Shown piece after piece: positions 45,853-59,910 of a stretch of DNA of 64,000 bases. The translations under genes and the position numbers were made by a program. The notes beneath the pieces are model-generated. The model was not told the DNA's origin. It was given only the letters and a program-made list of their open reading frames with translations, and did no database searches. Where the stretch lies: the NCBI RefSeq assembly GCF_009914755.1, contig NC_060942.1. One strand, 5' to 3'. This DNA is from the human T2T-CHM13v2.0 reference genome, Homo sapiens. The number at the start of each line of letters is the position of its first letter. The first letter of the stretch is position 1.

Positions 45853-46769
45853 ATAAATGTTAAAAGTAATATACAAGATGATGGTTTTATTGAGTGAAGA
45901 TAGTTGTAATTCAGAGAATATATGTGGGGAAATACAAAAAACAACATTGTCATGGCCAATTTTTTTCCTGATATTATTACTAGAATGACTTTCCTCTTAA
46001 TAAAAAAAATTGTGTGTTGGGGAGGAGTGAATGTTGGTGGGATAGGTCATACCTTAGCAGTTACAGACTTGCATAGGAAAGATTAATTAATATCTTATCA
46101 GCTGGAAGCCTGCTGCCTGCTAAGGACACAGCTGGGAAATTGGGTGAGCCTCTGGAGAAGTCTGTCTAAAAAGGAGTTACCAGGAAGAAGGGGTTGGAGG
46201 AATGGGGATGGGCACAGAGTAGGAAAGGGAACCTTAAGTTGGCAGGGTTGGTGAGAAAAGCTGCAGTCACACAGAGCCTGTTTTATGGGCTTGCCCAGCC
46301 AGCCAAGGATACTCACCCTGAGCCACCTATGGCCTCAGCCTTGGTAATGTGCCCTGCAAACTCTTAATATGGGCCATATCATTTGATACTTAGTTTAAGG
46401 CAGAGATTGGCGGAACACAGACACGTCTGAGGGGCCTAGGGAGCACATACTTGAGTACTGCACGGCTACAGAGGAGGTGGGAAAGGACTTCTCTGAACAG
46501 GAGTGGGGTGATTTCCAGAGACGGTGACACGCAGGAGAAGCACCTCTTCTTCATAGAAAGATGCCAGCTAATAAATGTGGAAGAGGCAAGGGAATAGGAA
46601 ACCACCATGCTGAAAAGGCCTGAGAAATACAAGGTGCAAATGACTGTACATGGAGCCAAGCCTTCTGTGTAACGAAAAAGGGGGTATGAGTAAGTGTATG
46701 TGTATGTCTGTCACCTGTGTCACACAAATGCATGTGCACACACATCCCCCCAACACACACACACCCAAG

Positions 46770-48430
46770 AAGGATAAACCCAAAGCAATGGAAAATGGCT
46801 GCCTATGGGGATGAGTGAGCAGGGGAATGGGGAGGAGGGAATAAAGGTGAGAGCTGCACAGGAGACTCCTCTGACTACATTTTTTAATACAGTTTTGACT
46901 TTAGAACCAAATGTTTTTCATATCCCAGAAATAAATAGAATATATGAAACAAGCTCACCCTGAGATTGTATATAGATGGAAGCAGATGAATCTGACTATG
47001 TAGCAAATTGACAGTATTACCAACCTACAGGGAAAAAAAGATTTCAAGTAACTTCTGAACACATATCATTTTCTATATATTCTTGTAGGATGTAGTCTAA
47101 GGACAAAAAACTGAAATGAAATCTTAAGCTTTATTTAGATTTATTTTATTATTAATAATATTGATATTATTATTCTAAACTTATTTTACATATAGTAGGA
47201 CTAAGTAAATAAGCCAATATATTAATGTAATTAAGAATCTAAGTTATCACTGTAAGAAAGATGCAGATACTTTGTTTAAAAGTAAGGAAAATCTCTGTAA
47301 TATTAAATTTGAATTGGAAATAGTACAAAATCATATCAATATTCGCACACATATTCTAGGCTTTATTCATGGGAATGAGCTAGAAGCTATGAAACTTCAG
47401 TAGCAGTGAGCATGTATTACAACTAGATCTTGCTTTCTAAATACCACTCCCCAATAAAAGAAACCAGGACTTCCTGGAGAAATTGCTAATGAATTTTAGA
47501 TCTTGGTCAGGGATAAACCAGTTGAACCTATAGCATTTTATGCCAAAATCAAGGTTGTACTCAAAGACTAATGAGATTATGTCAAAAGAACACAAGAGCC
47601 TGCATGAAAGGGCTCCCACAGGCCAAATTTGGGACAATTTGATCACCCAAAGAATATTGACAGGAATTGATTATAACACATTGAATTTTTTAATAAACAT
47701 ATGCATCTATGGTAAACTTAAAAAAATCAAAAATACTGAAAATAAATAGAAAGGATGGGGGATGTTTTTCCTTACAGCATACTGTAATGCCAGGAAATAA
47801 ATGTAGAAATGATAAGATTAGAGAATGACTATTTTGCAAAGGCCAATATAAGATCTAATAATAAGAATTGTCAGTGTTTGCCAAAATGACCAGGTAAGAG
47901 ATATTCTGGGAGTCACAATATTCACATGACCTTCAAGTGTCACCTATAGATTACTTAATTTCTTTTTTATGATGGAAAACTGAGCCTTAACAACAAATAG
48001 AAGAATCTAGTAGTCAACACCTTGCTCAAATTTAGCAAAGCCAGTAGTGATACAGCTTCACATTATGTCCTTGAGCTTGGATGTAGGAAAGAAAAAGCAG
48101 CTACAGAAAGCATGTGGGGGACAGTTGGATATATTGAATGTAGGCTTCCCATTAAGTGATATTGTAAAATCATTTTTCTTAGTTGTGATAACATTATTGT
48201 GGTTATATAGGAGATCCATGCTGAAGTCATATTTAGGGATAGAAATAATATCTAAAACTAAGTTGCAAATGGTTAGGGGAAATTCTATGTAAGATATAGA
48301 TAGAGAGATATTGAGAAACAGCAAGAGAAAGCCAATGTTAACAACTGCTGGAACCAGGCAAAGGGTATTCAGGTGTGTATTATACTGCTCCTTTGCCTTT
48401 ACTGTGGAGGGGAGGATGTTCAAAATGAGA
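46770..48430 (+). mobile_element. Old L1 3' region (L1MC4/5-like)
   Basis: A-rich decayed L1MC 3' UTR features: 'cagttttgactttagaacc', 'tcaaaagaacacaagagcctgcatgaaagggctcccacaggccaaatttgggacaatttga', 'gtgataacattattgtggttatatagg'. Confidence 0.7.
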
Positions 48431-50534
48431 AGCTGTGGTGAAGAAAGCTATCAAGGGGCAGTAATACAGCTTCATTTTCTCTTCCAGGTGCTTACAAATT
48501 GATTATGTGTAATTTTAATTCTTCTTTCCAATTTTATACTTTCCAGTATAAAAGTCAACAAAATGTCTGTAACTCCCAAAGCCCTTTAAAAAATATGTTA
48601 AATGACAGCATAAGGGTTTTCTTCCCCAGTGAGCTATGGTCAGCTGTAATGAACATCAACTGTCCTGTAGCCTGTGGCCAGATGCCCTCCCCACAGGGGC
48701 CTCTCGCGCAGACTCAGGGAGCTTTGGTCACCTGGGCCCAACAAGTGTGGAGCAGAGAGCAGAACACAGTAGTGAATGCACAGCTGGCAGCCTTCTGCTT
48801 TGATTAAGATGCAGAAAGTGTTGAGGGACCCAGGGCTTCCTGAGTTAGAGAGACTGTGGGCCACAGGCCAAGGCTTAAAGAGAAAGAGCTGCCCCTGTCT
48901 CTACTCCAGGCACAGTGGCTGTAGGGACAGCACCCAGGCCACTCTGCTATGTGTCGCTGAACCTTGGCCTGTCTTCTTAAAGTACTGTGTGTTTTCCAAA
49001 TTGTTTCAGACACACTGGGTCTTCAATTTCCAGTTCTCATGGATGCTGTATTAAGAAACGCACCAGACCATATTAATCTGACATGGCTGATTTGGGTTGA
49101 CATTGACTGTTTTATCTTCGTGACACTCTGTAATGTCACACTCCTACAAAGATCCTCCTTGTCAGACAGGGGGCCTTGAGAGGCCATCGTGAAACCAAAT
49201 TTTCTCTCCAGACATCTGTCCTTTAATCTTTTCCCCCTTATTTTATGTGTCTAAACACCACAGTTCAAAATATGTTTAGAATCTTTAATTTGGTTCTAAA
49301 ACTTTAATGCCATCTCCTCTTCTTATCATTTCTGTCTTCATCCCCTTCATCTCCCTTGGTAGCTTGACTATTTCAAAAGCTGGTTGTATCCATAATGGTT
49401 TTGTAGTAAATGTGGTAGCTTATGGTAGCTGAGAACACTGGTTATTTTAGCCAATTGAGTTTTGAGTTGGTGGGAAAGAAATCATGGCCGAGGTGTTCAA
49501 AACCAAGAGCTGATATGTGGAAAACAAGCATTAAAACAGTGTCACTAGAAAATGACGGCGGTGGAAAGTTGTCCATAGAGTAACTCTGCTTTCAGGGCTC
49601 CGTGTGAGGACTGAGGGGGCACCCTGAAATCCACACTGGAAACAGGCAGGCCCCTTTATGAATAGGAGCTCCAGCTCCATCCATGGTAGCTGTGCGTGCT
49701 CATTCATTAGGCCTTACTGGTTTGTTGTGAGTGCAGTATCAGCATGATTTATGGCATAGGCAGCCTGGAAATAACATGAGCAGCACATAGCACAGCCGTG
49801 GCTGTATTCATCCAACATATCCTGTCTGTTCAAAGGAAATGTAGAAATCTACTTCTTAATGACATTTTGTGCTGCTTTTTAATTTTTCTTGCTTTTGAAA
49901 TACTGCATTGTTCAGTACTCCTGTTTGGGAGTCACTTAGAGTGACGCAGTGTCAGTCAGCCCAAGACTTGGTGGTTATCTCTGTTTTGTCAGATCTGAGC
50001 TGCACTCGCCTCTTTTATTCTTGTAAGGATTGGGCATACAAACGTTTCTTCTCAGGAATCAAAGAAGGCTCTCATGAGAAACTGCCTCCCCAGCACCTGA
50101 GGGCCCCACCATCCCAAGGCAGGACTCTACATGCAAACAGCATCCACCCTGAGGACAACATTCTGCACAGAAACCTCTCAAAACTACAGAATTGTCATCC
50201 ACACTTTGGCCAGGAGTACTGGGAAGTAGCTAGAATGGAGTTGAGTCAATTCTCAGCTCTTAGAAGTTCTTTTTTTTTTTTTTTTTTTTTTAAATAATGT
50301 TCTGGGAAAGCTAGTTACAGAGGCCTTTCACAAGGACTTCATTGGCTACCTGTAACCTCTGGCCTAAGTATGTATTTGCTTCATGGTTCCATCTCACATG
50401 AAATTAGTATAAGGTGAACCCAGTGATGGCTGCCTTTAACAAGGGTTAGCAACTGTTAGGATGGATGTGTGGATTGACTCAGCCAGCACCACCATTTTGA
50501 ATGGGTTAGTGAACAGTAAAAAAGAAATATAAAA

Positions 50535-51030
50535 TCCTATTACTAGTTATCTACCCAAAGGAAAAGAAAGCGCTATTCACAATAGCAAAGATGTGGAATC
50601 AACCTCGTATGCATCAGTGGATGATTGTATAAAGAAAGTATGGTATCTGTACACTATGGGATACTATTTAGCCATTAAAGACTGAAAGAAGTCATGTCTT
50701 TGCAGCAGCATGAAGGAACTAGAGGCCATTATTTTAAGTGAAACACCTTAGACACAAAAAGTCAAATACCACCTGTTCTCACTTACAAGTGGGAGCTAAA
50801 TAATGTGTACATTTGGGCATAGAGGGTGGAATAATAGACATTGGAGACTCCAGTTAGTGGAAGAGTGAGCGTCGGGTGAAGAAGAAATTCCTTAATGGGT
50901 ACAGTGTACACTGTTCAGGTGATGGTTACACTGAAAGCCCAGACTCCACCGCTATGCAGTATACCCATGTAACAAAAATACACTTGTACCATTAAATGTT
51001 ATACAAATAAAAAATAAAGACAAAAAAATC
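50535..51030 (+). mobile_element. L1 3' end (L1MA2/3-like)
   Basis: 'ctattcacaatagcaaagatgtggaatcaacc...gttctcacttacaagtgggagctaaa...gggtacagtgtacactgttcaggtgatggttacac' plus an A-rich tail. Confidence 0.88.
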
Positions 51031-53266
51031 AATCCTCACATCATATGAGAAAAAATGAAAAGAACACAGCTGACTCCTTATCTAAACTTAGGTAAAATTA
51101 TCGTTACTAGTTAGTTGGTATTCCTTTCCACTCAAGCACTCTGACCAGCTGGCTAGAGGTAACAATCTTTCAGAAAGGTCTTAAAGAACTAAAATGACTG
51201 AGCACCTGCTTCTATCCAATGAGCCATCCCCTAGAGTGTGAACCGTAATTTGGCTTGGATATAGCTGGCAGTGAGGAAGTTTTGTAGGATTATCTTGCCT
51301 CAGCATTTCTTAAGAACTCGGGGAGTGGGGCCTGTCACCTTAATCCCTTTCAGAAGTTCCAAGGTAAGCCTGCCTTAGGCTGCCTTAGATCAGGAAAAGG
51401 TCATCACTACAGATGTAACAAGAGCTGTCAGATGCTTGCTTTTATTTTCAGGTGAAGTCCTATACCTCTGTTCCTTAGTGCTATTACTGTTAGAGAGATG
51501 GGAACAGGAGAGAGTGGAATGAGCAGTGTTTACCTCCTTGAAGGAAAGTGCTATGCCAATACAAGGAGGTGCTGCGCAGGTCAGCAGTGCGCCAGCATAC
51601 TGGTTTCGTACAACTCAGAAACTATCCTGTTTGCACATAGCATTTGCCGAAAATATTCAGCTGTCTAGGACTAGTGCCCAGTAGAGAGATTGGCAGAAAA
51701 ACACTCATTTTAGCTGGCTTTCAAATTATTTTTCAAATTCAACACGAAGTCAGTTAAGGAAGACCATTAGATTATGTCAAAAAGCAGTTTGGAAAACATT
51801 TATCATTTGTAGGGAGCCCAGCACTGACGTTTCTAAATTGTGTGTGACGTTGACATGTTCCCATATGTCACGATATGTTCCTTACTTCCCTTGTTATGAG
51901 CTTGGGTTAGAAGTCACTGTTCTTTTGAACCTTGATGTCACCTCAGGGCAGTTTGCTAGCACTCAGAAATTCAAAATTGCCTAAAGTGCGTGGTGGGATG
52001 TCTATCTGTATCATACCGTGGGCAAACGTCTGACTTGAAGGCATCAAACAGGCAAACGGAAGAACCATGAAGGATGCTAAGTTTTGACTGTGTCTGGGTA
52101 GCCAATTGGGAGTGTATTATGTAGAAAGCCAAATAAATGCTTATTTCAAGCACTTCAAGGTAAAGGACAATATTTAACTCTGGTTTGTTTTGAGAGATTA
52201 GAGTAGTTTATGCCCATAAGAAATATTCAGAAATAGTTGTTGAGTGTGTGAGTGAACAGCAGGGCATTAAATAACATTATAGTCATGGTCTTTATGAGCG
52301 TTAGGCCAATGTTCTATGTAATGAGGTAAATTATTTAAGGTTCTTATAATGTGTTATTTTAGGTAAGGATGTTGCTATTTACTCAGTGTTTTTTCACGGA
52401 AGATAGTGTGCTCTACAGATTCCGTGTCACTAAGCTAAGCATCTATGAAGCATTATTGATAATCACTCAGTTGACTATTACATACAAATTTCAATGTGGT
52501 CATCAACTCTTAAATTTCTTTATAGTTAAAGGATAGGAAAACTGACAAAAAATGTTACTTTTTATCACTTAGTAGAATTTCATGAGTCACTAGTTTAGAA
52601 CTTTCATTTCCGTTCACAGGACAAGGTTAAAAGAAACAGAATTAAGAAGTTGCTTAGGAGTAGGCTTTTCTGTTTATTGGGAGTCGGTATTGGACATTCA
52701 TAAATTTATAATCTGCATTATGTTTCAGCGATACGTTAATGCTGAGTTCATAGGATTAATCAGGCCACATGCTGTCCTGTGGCTTCACTAATATACTCCT
52801 CAGTCACATCAGCACTTTCTCTTTCACACCACACACAAAAAGCCTTACGGAGCAGTGGGTAAGCAGTCCTAACAGGCAAATGTTCACACATAGTGAAAGA
52901 GAAGTTTAGTTTTTCTGTCATGGTTGCTGAACAAGATAATATTCTCTAATTCTTTGATAGGAAAATAGAGCCAAGGCATTTGACTGCCGACACACTCTCA
53001 TTGGAACTCCATGCAGGACTTCACCAGTCATTAGAAGCTCATTCCAGGAATCCCAGCCTCGAAGGGATCATGGAGAAGGTGGGATGGAGTGACCTGAGTC
53101 TGATGGGTAGAAACAGCCACCCTTGCTCTCTCCCACCTTCTTCTGTGTGGACACTCTGCCTCTGGAATTTTTAGTAACTGGGTACCTGTTGGAAGATTAG
53201 TTCCTTTTGCTAGGCTATGAACTAGAGGGAGGGTGTGCATTCATTTCACTAAAGTAAAATTTTGCC

Positions 53267-53564
53267 TTTTCTTTGTTGTTAGACAGGATCTTACTCCCAT
53301 CATCCTGGCTGGAGTGTTGTGGCACAAACATGGCTCACTGCAGCCTCGACTTCCCAGGCCCAGGTGATCCTCCCACCTCAGCCTCCCAAGTAGCTGGGAC
53401 CTACAGACGTGTACCACTATACCTGGCTAACTTTTGTGTTTTTTTGTAGAGACAGGGTTTTGCCATGTTGCCCAGGCTGGTCTCAAACTCCTAGGCTAAA
53501 GCGATCTGCCTACCTTGGCCTCCCAAAGTGCTGTGATTACAGGCATGAACCATCACACCCGGCC
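53267..53564 (-). mobile_element. Alu (AluJ)
   Basis: TSD aaaattttgcc at 53256-53266 and 53565-53575. Confidence 0.92.
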
Positions 53565-54224
53565 AAAATTTTGCCGCTGATTTTTAGAAATTGAATTATT
53601 ATTTTAGACTGAAGTTGTATCTTTTTAAAATGAAAGCCATACCTCCGTATTTCTAAGAAATCAGATGGGATCATCATCCCATCAGGTATTCACTGAGCTC
53701 CTGCTTGTGCTCCACTGTCTGCTCAGTGCTGGTTCTGTATTGCGGAGAGGATCTAAACAGAAAGTAATCCAAAGGGCTACATCTGTCTTTCTTAATGACG
53801 AACCGACGGCTTTCCACCTTACCCTTTTGGCTACAACCAGTGGGATTGACTGCTGTCTTATTGACTCTGTTTATCTAGATATGGTGGACATATTGCCCAG
53901 TTAGATGGGCTAAGATACCGATAGCCCCCCAAAATGCCAGATTCCAGAATAAATGAAATCACTCAGTCATTAAGGTGATATATTTAACTGGGCTGGCTGG
54001 GCTAATTTGTCCATGTTACCAATTATTATTGAGCAGACAAAGTCAGGTAATGATGGCAGCAAAAGCCCATCTGGGGCCTGAGACTAGAGGAGGAGGAGGC
54101 TGGCCAGACCCTCCTCAGATGCGCAGAGGACAGCTTCAGGATAAGGAGAGATCAGATCATGCCTGCTCCATCTCGGCGGGCTCATCTTCTCTCGCCCCCA
54201 TCTGCATGGTCCTCTTGATTTTCT

Positions 54225-54475
54225 TCATAATAATAACACTGAAATCCTTTGAGTGCTAACATTACTGTAAGTGTCAGCTGTTTATGCTGTTATATGCCTT
54301 AAGTTATTTCAGCCTTACCACATGCAGTGAAGGAGACACTAGTATTATCCTTATGTTGCAGCTGAGGAAACTGAAGTGTGGAGTTTAAGTAACTGGCCCA
54401 AGGTAACAGATGCAGTGATCAGAGGAGCAGGGACCCACAGCCAGGCACTGTGACACAGAGCCTGCGCTCCTCACT
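54225..54475 (-). mobile_element. MIR remnant
   Basis: 'tattatccttatgttgcagctgaggaaactgaagtgtggagtttaagtaactggcccaaggtaacag'. Confidence 0.8.
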
Positions 54476-55439
54476 CATATCCTGCTTCAGGCTTCACAGG
54501 TCTTGGGAAGAAAAAGAGAACGTTTACACCCTGAATAACATTGCAAAAGGATAGTGCGCTGTGTCTGCCGGTCAGCAGAGCTCTTTGATGATATAAGTAG
54601 GAGACACCTAAGCAAAGTAAAGTTGAGGTCAGTGTAGCTCCATAACAAAAGATAGGGAATGCTCTAGGTCTCCTCAAGAAAAATCTACACCATGGTTTTC
54701 TGTTTTCACCTACAGCTTAGTTGCCCAGGAAGATTCATTTATTATTTATTTAAGTAATACATCACAGGGACAAGATTCATTGAAGTGAAGGTATTTCACT
54801 TCCAACTGTCCTACAGGGAAACAATGAGCCTAAATAAATCCTACAAATTCTCCCTGGAGAGGGAGCAGTGATTGATTCATTTTTGCATCTGTCAAATGCC
54901 TCTATAGTCCAAAGAGTGCGTTTTGTTCCCTCCCTTAACAAGATTCTCTTACCTTTGTTTTGTTCAGGCTTTATTGGCGCTGTGTGTATAAATAAGATTA
55001 CAATGAATAGAAATTAACACTGTATCCCAGTTTTCTGAGTCAAAGCCCCAATTCCAAACAGAAAAAAAAAATCTTGTTGTTAAATAATATATGGGTATTA
55101 TTTGTCACATATGATAAATATTGCTACTCATGCCCAAAAAGAGACTTTACAACTGTCCTTGTGCTAGACGAATGACTGGTCTACAGGCTACAGACTATTC
55201 ACAGAGCTTTGGGGAAGCCCTGAAACTCACCTGATAGCAGTGTCCTTGGGACTGAATATAAACTTCTACAGTTACAAGGCCTTAAGAGGTTACAAAGTAG
55301 AGCAAGTTTGGGGACTTCAAAAGCAGTGCCTGGGATGGCAGACATCATTGCCGTGGTGCAGGGGCCTCTCTATGATCCCATCGCTGTGCCCCCACCGAGA
55401 CCCAGGTGGACAGTTTGGAGGTGGGGAGGGAGCTGGGAT

Positions 55440-55450
55440 GTGACTCAGCA
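55440..55450 (+). promoter_or_regulatory. Consensus antioxidant response element (NRF2/sMAF) with embedded AP-1 site
   Basis: GTGACTCAGCA matches RTGACTCAGCA exactly; this is a motif match only and function is untested. Confidence 0.45.
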
Positions 55451-55784
55451 GTCATGTGGGGCAAAACCAGGGTGGGGGCACGACCCTGCTAGATTAGCCT
55501 GAAGGTGGGGCAAATGACTGGCACCTTGTCACAAGACATTGTTGTTTTTACGCATTTGACTTGATTTCACCCTTCAGGCTCAGGGCTGGCCCTGTGAGGC
55601 CTTTCCACTGCATTCAGTTGTTCTTTCTTGAATGTTAGAGGGAGAAAGTTGGAGTCTCTGTTCTGGGGAACTGAACACACCGCACGCAGCCCATCTGGCC
55701 TGTGCCGTGACCCACGCAGCACAAATCACTAGTTCCAGCGGCGACAACACTAACATTTATACATCATGCAAGTTGTAGTCTTTT

Positions 55785-56050
55785 ATTTTAACTTAAACTT
55801 TTTATTTTCAAATAATTTCAAACTCACAAAAAGTTATAAAAATAGTACAAAAAATTGCCATATACCTTTTACCCAGATTCCCCAATTATTAAAATTTCAC
55901 ATTTGTGTGTTTCTGTATATGTGTGAGAAAGTAAAAAACACGAAGCCTTTTTACTCCTAAATACCTGGGAGTAATTCCTAAAAGATAAAACATATATTCC
56001 TTTACATAACTGCAATACATAAATTATAATGTTCAATAATTTAATAAAGT
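55785..56050 (-). mobile_element. Old L1 3' end (L1MC/L1ME-like)
   Basis: 'ttttattttcaaataatttcaaactcacaaaaagttataaaaatagtacaaa...tttacccagattcccc'. Confidence 0.7.
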
Positions 56051-56148
56051 ATATTTGTGTTACTCTAAATGGTAAAATAAGTTTTTTCTCCTATTAATTA
56101 ATATGATTAATAATACTATGACATGGAGATTAGAAAAATTAAGATTTA

Positions 56149-56490
<342 letters not shown>

Positions 56491-56619
56491 TTAATGATTG
56501 TTTCTTTTTCAGGTGATAATTTTTTTAAATATGTGAATGGCTCATTAGTACTTGTGTCCTTTTAAAAACACTTATGAATACCACAGCAAAATTAGGTTGT
56601 GGTGCTATTACTATATCTA

Positions 56620-56978
56620 TTTATTAGTCTGCTCAGGCTTCCATAACAAAATACGATAGACTGGGTGGCTTAAACAATGCACATGAATTTTTCACGGTTC
56701 TGGAGGCCAGAAGTCTAAGATCACGGTGCTGACCAATTCGTTTCCTGCTGAGGGCTCTCTCCCTGGTGTGTGGATGACCACCTTCTTGCTGTGCCCTCTC
56801 GTAGAAGAGAGTTCTCTTCCTCTTCTAATAAGGACACCAATCCTATCAGATTAGGACCCACCCTAAAGACCTCATTTAATTCTAATTACCTCCTAGATAC
56901 CCCATCTCTAACTATAATCACATTGAGGATAGGGATTCGACATATGAATTTTGGAGGGGCACAATTCAGTCCATAGTG
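56620..56978 (-). mobile_element. MaLR solo LTR (MLT1A/MLT1A0)
   Basis: 'ccataacaaaatac.atagactgggtggcttaaac...gttctggaggccagaagtctaagatc...atatgaattttggagggg...attcagtccatag'. Confidence 0.88.
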
Positions 56979-58499
56979 CACAGTCCGTCATTTCATTTCA
57001 ACATCATTGGAGAACACCTTCAAGCACATGATACCTCCTTTGATGTGTTTTGCTGTTTAAAGGCGTGGTGAACCCTTGACAGAAACATTATCATGGATTC
57101 TTCTCCACATGTTTACTGACTTCATTGTGCTTTTCAAGTTTTCTTCCTCCTTAAACAACATAAAACATTTTGGAAAAAGTACTGGAATATTAAATGTGTT
57201 GTTCAAATTTGATGCTGATGCTTGAATTTCAAGGCAAGGCACATCATGGGCTTGACCTTCATGTCTTCAGACTCACAGAGCTTCCAGTTTCTCAGACTGG
57301 ATTATTATAAGATCTCATACGAGTTATTTTGAGGGAAGGGAATGGAAAATAAAGATTAACCAGAAATCAAATTCCATTTTCCCAGCCCTCCCTTGGCAAT
57401 GCCTAGTGGTCACATTTCAAAATATTATACAAACCTATTTTACAGTAAATAGACATGTTTTGAAGTGGTGCTAGAAAGAAGAGGGGCGTCTCTGCCATAT
57501 TCTAGTTATCATATTTCTGTTCATTCTCTGCTCAGTGTGGGCCCAGAGGACTGAAAAACAGTCAGTAAGCACCTCTACTTTTTGCCTATGGCATGCAGAA
57601 ATTTCTCCATATGCAAAAAAGTGGGGAGAGGGGAGAAAGATTAAGATGTTTCTGTCTGGTTTCAGTCACATTTTTAGTTCTTTCCCACTTTCATTTGTTC
57701 TCTGATTTTTTTTTTTTTAATGGTAAGAAATTAGCAGGTTTCTCACGGAACTGCCTGTGTTTACCATACTACTGATAATTCTTGTAAACTGTCTACCATC
57801 TCAGTTCCTTACCTCATCGCAGCTTTTTATTTCTTTACAGATCAAGACCATCATCCTTTTAAGCATTTTTCTCCTTGACTCTGTCTCGATTGTCCTGTTC
57901 TCTCTCACCTCCTAGGCAATTACCTTATCTTAATAAAATATAATTGGGCCGGTAGACGTTTCTTTCTATTTGAAAAGCCTCCCAGCCTAGCCTGTGGACT
58001 GATCTCCCTGCCAGCCAGTGTATAGGTCTCCACAGGCCTCCTCTTCTTCCATGAAGGGACTGCTAAACTCAGCTCAGGCAGCATAGGGCTATGATTGCTT
58101 TCCCATTCATCACCCCGAAAAATGAGTTTGCACTTTAATTTATAAATATAAAATATATTTTCTTGGTTACGGCGAATCAAACTGAATTATATTTGTGCAA
58201 TTACTGAGTTACATGACCGAATGTATATCTACGTAGTTGAGATTATTCTTGGGAAATGCAAGGAGGGACTCCCATCTGATTCAGTTATATGGAGCAGCTC
58301 TAGGGTAGCACCATTCTGGGCTTTGAGGGTAACACGATGTAACTGGTATTGTATACATTAACATTAGTAGAGTTCCTTGGCTGTTTAAAATAGCTAGAAA
58401 TCAGAGAAGTATGATACAAACTACTACGGACTGAATTTCTGGGTATGTGTTGTATTAAAAGAAAACAACAACACAAATTTCGGAAGTTTTTGTAGAACA

Positions 58500-58830
58500 A
58501 CTGGCTTTCATTCTTTAAAAAGGTCGGTGTCATTAAAGGAAGAAATGCTGGGGATTGTTTTAGGTTAAAGAAACATGATGACTTAATGTGGTGCTTGATC
58601 CTTGATTCTTGAGCAAAATGAAAAGTTTAAAAGACATTGGCAAAATTTGGAAGATGTAGATATGCATATATATTAGATAATATTTTTGTATCAATGTTGT
58701 ATTTCTTGAGAGTAGTAATACTGCAGTTATATGGAAGAATTCCTTGTTCTTAGGTGATACATGCTAAAGTATTGGGGGAAATTGTCATAATGTCTTCAAC
58801 TTTCAAACGGTTTGGCAAAATAAGTGTATA
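58500..58830 (+). mobile_element. Old L1M 3' UTR remnant
   Basis: 'atattagataatatttttgtatcaatgttgtatttcttgag...tccttgttcttaggtgatacatgctaaagtatt'. Confidence 0.6.
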
Positions 58831-59874
58831 TATGTATGTATGTCTATAGTGTGTGTGTGAGAAAGTAAACACACACACACATGCATAGTGAAAAATAGAA
58901 GTTGCAGAGATTCATTTTTGTCATTCCTTATTTCTTCTAATCGAGTAAAAGTTTTCTAAATTAGCTTTCCTACTAATAAATAAAATATTTTTCTTATGCT
59001 CGGTCAGGAAAGCTAAATGGGAGAGGCAAGCCCACCTAAGTCCTTCCCTGTCAAGGAGGGGGTAGAAAATACATCGTAACAGTACACCCAGCGACCTCCA
59101 GAGTCACTGGTTCCATATGTGCAGGATTCACCTAAGCCACATGCCAACCACAAGATGGTTTTCTCTGAGACTTCTTGGAAAAATAAACCCAAGAAATTCA
59201 AATCACTTGATGTCAAAGGATCTAAACAGAGATTGCAGACTTTAGCTGTGTAGCTCTCTGGTTTGTGAGCAGAATGAGATTGGGGGTGGGGAATTGCACT
59301 CATTATTGAACACCTCTTCTGCTTGCAGTTTCAGCAGCAGCAGCCTAGCTTCCCCCTAAATGTGACACTTCTTACTTGTCATCACTTACCATACTTTGGG
59401 AGGTATTTTATCCTCTTCTTTATGTGTGTGTGTTCAGTTGTGTGGGGAAGTGAATTGAGTCTTAACATTTTGAAGTAAAATAGGCTTGTTTTCTTTTTAA
59501 ATCCCTCTAGTCATTTAGTGAAATACTCTGATAAGGTTTTATTATTGAAATATAAATAGAAGGAAGATTCGTTTTGAAAGCACAGTGCCATCTTAGAAAA
59601 CACCAAAAGAGGAAAGAAAAAAAAAATGAAGACTGTACCTTGATGTCAGAGCTTTGGGGGAGAAACTGATTCCACCTTGAAGGGAGATGACCCAAGCTTG
59701 ACAGCTGCCTCCACAAGGAGTCCTATTAGCAAAAGAAGGGGAGCCATGTGCTAGGAGGGCCATTTTCTCTGTTCTTCGCATCACTGAGGAGTGTTCAGCA
59801 ATCACACTTGGACTTGATACAGAAAATGACTGCATTGAGAGCCCTTCTTCATAAGTAAGCCATATATGGTAACT

Positions 59875-59910
59875 AAAAAAACAAAAACAAAAAAAAAACA
59901 AAAACAAAAA
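59875..59910. repeat. A-rich (CAAAA)n simple repeat
   Basis: aaaaaaacaaaaacaaaaaaaaaacaaaaacaaaaa. Confidence 0.85.

Noticed and set aside
50270-50291. Isolated T22 as a solo poly(A) retro-insertion
   Set aside because: No convincing TSD; treated as an ordinary homopolymer.
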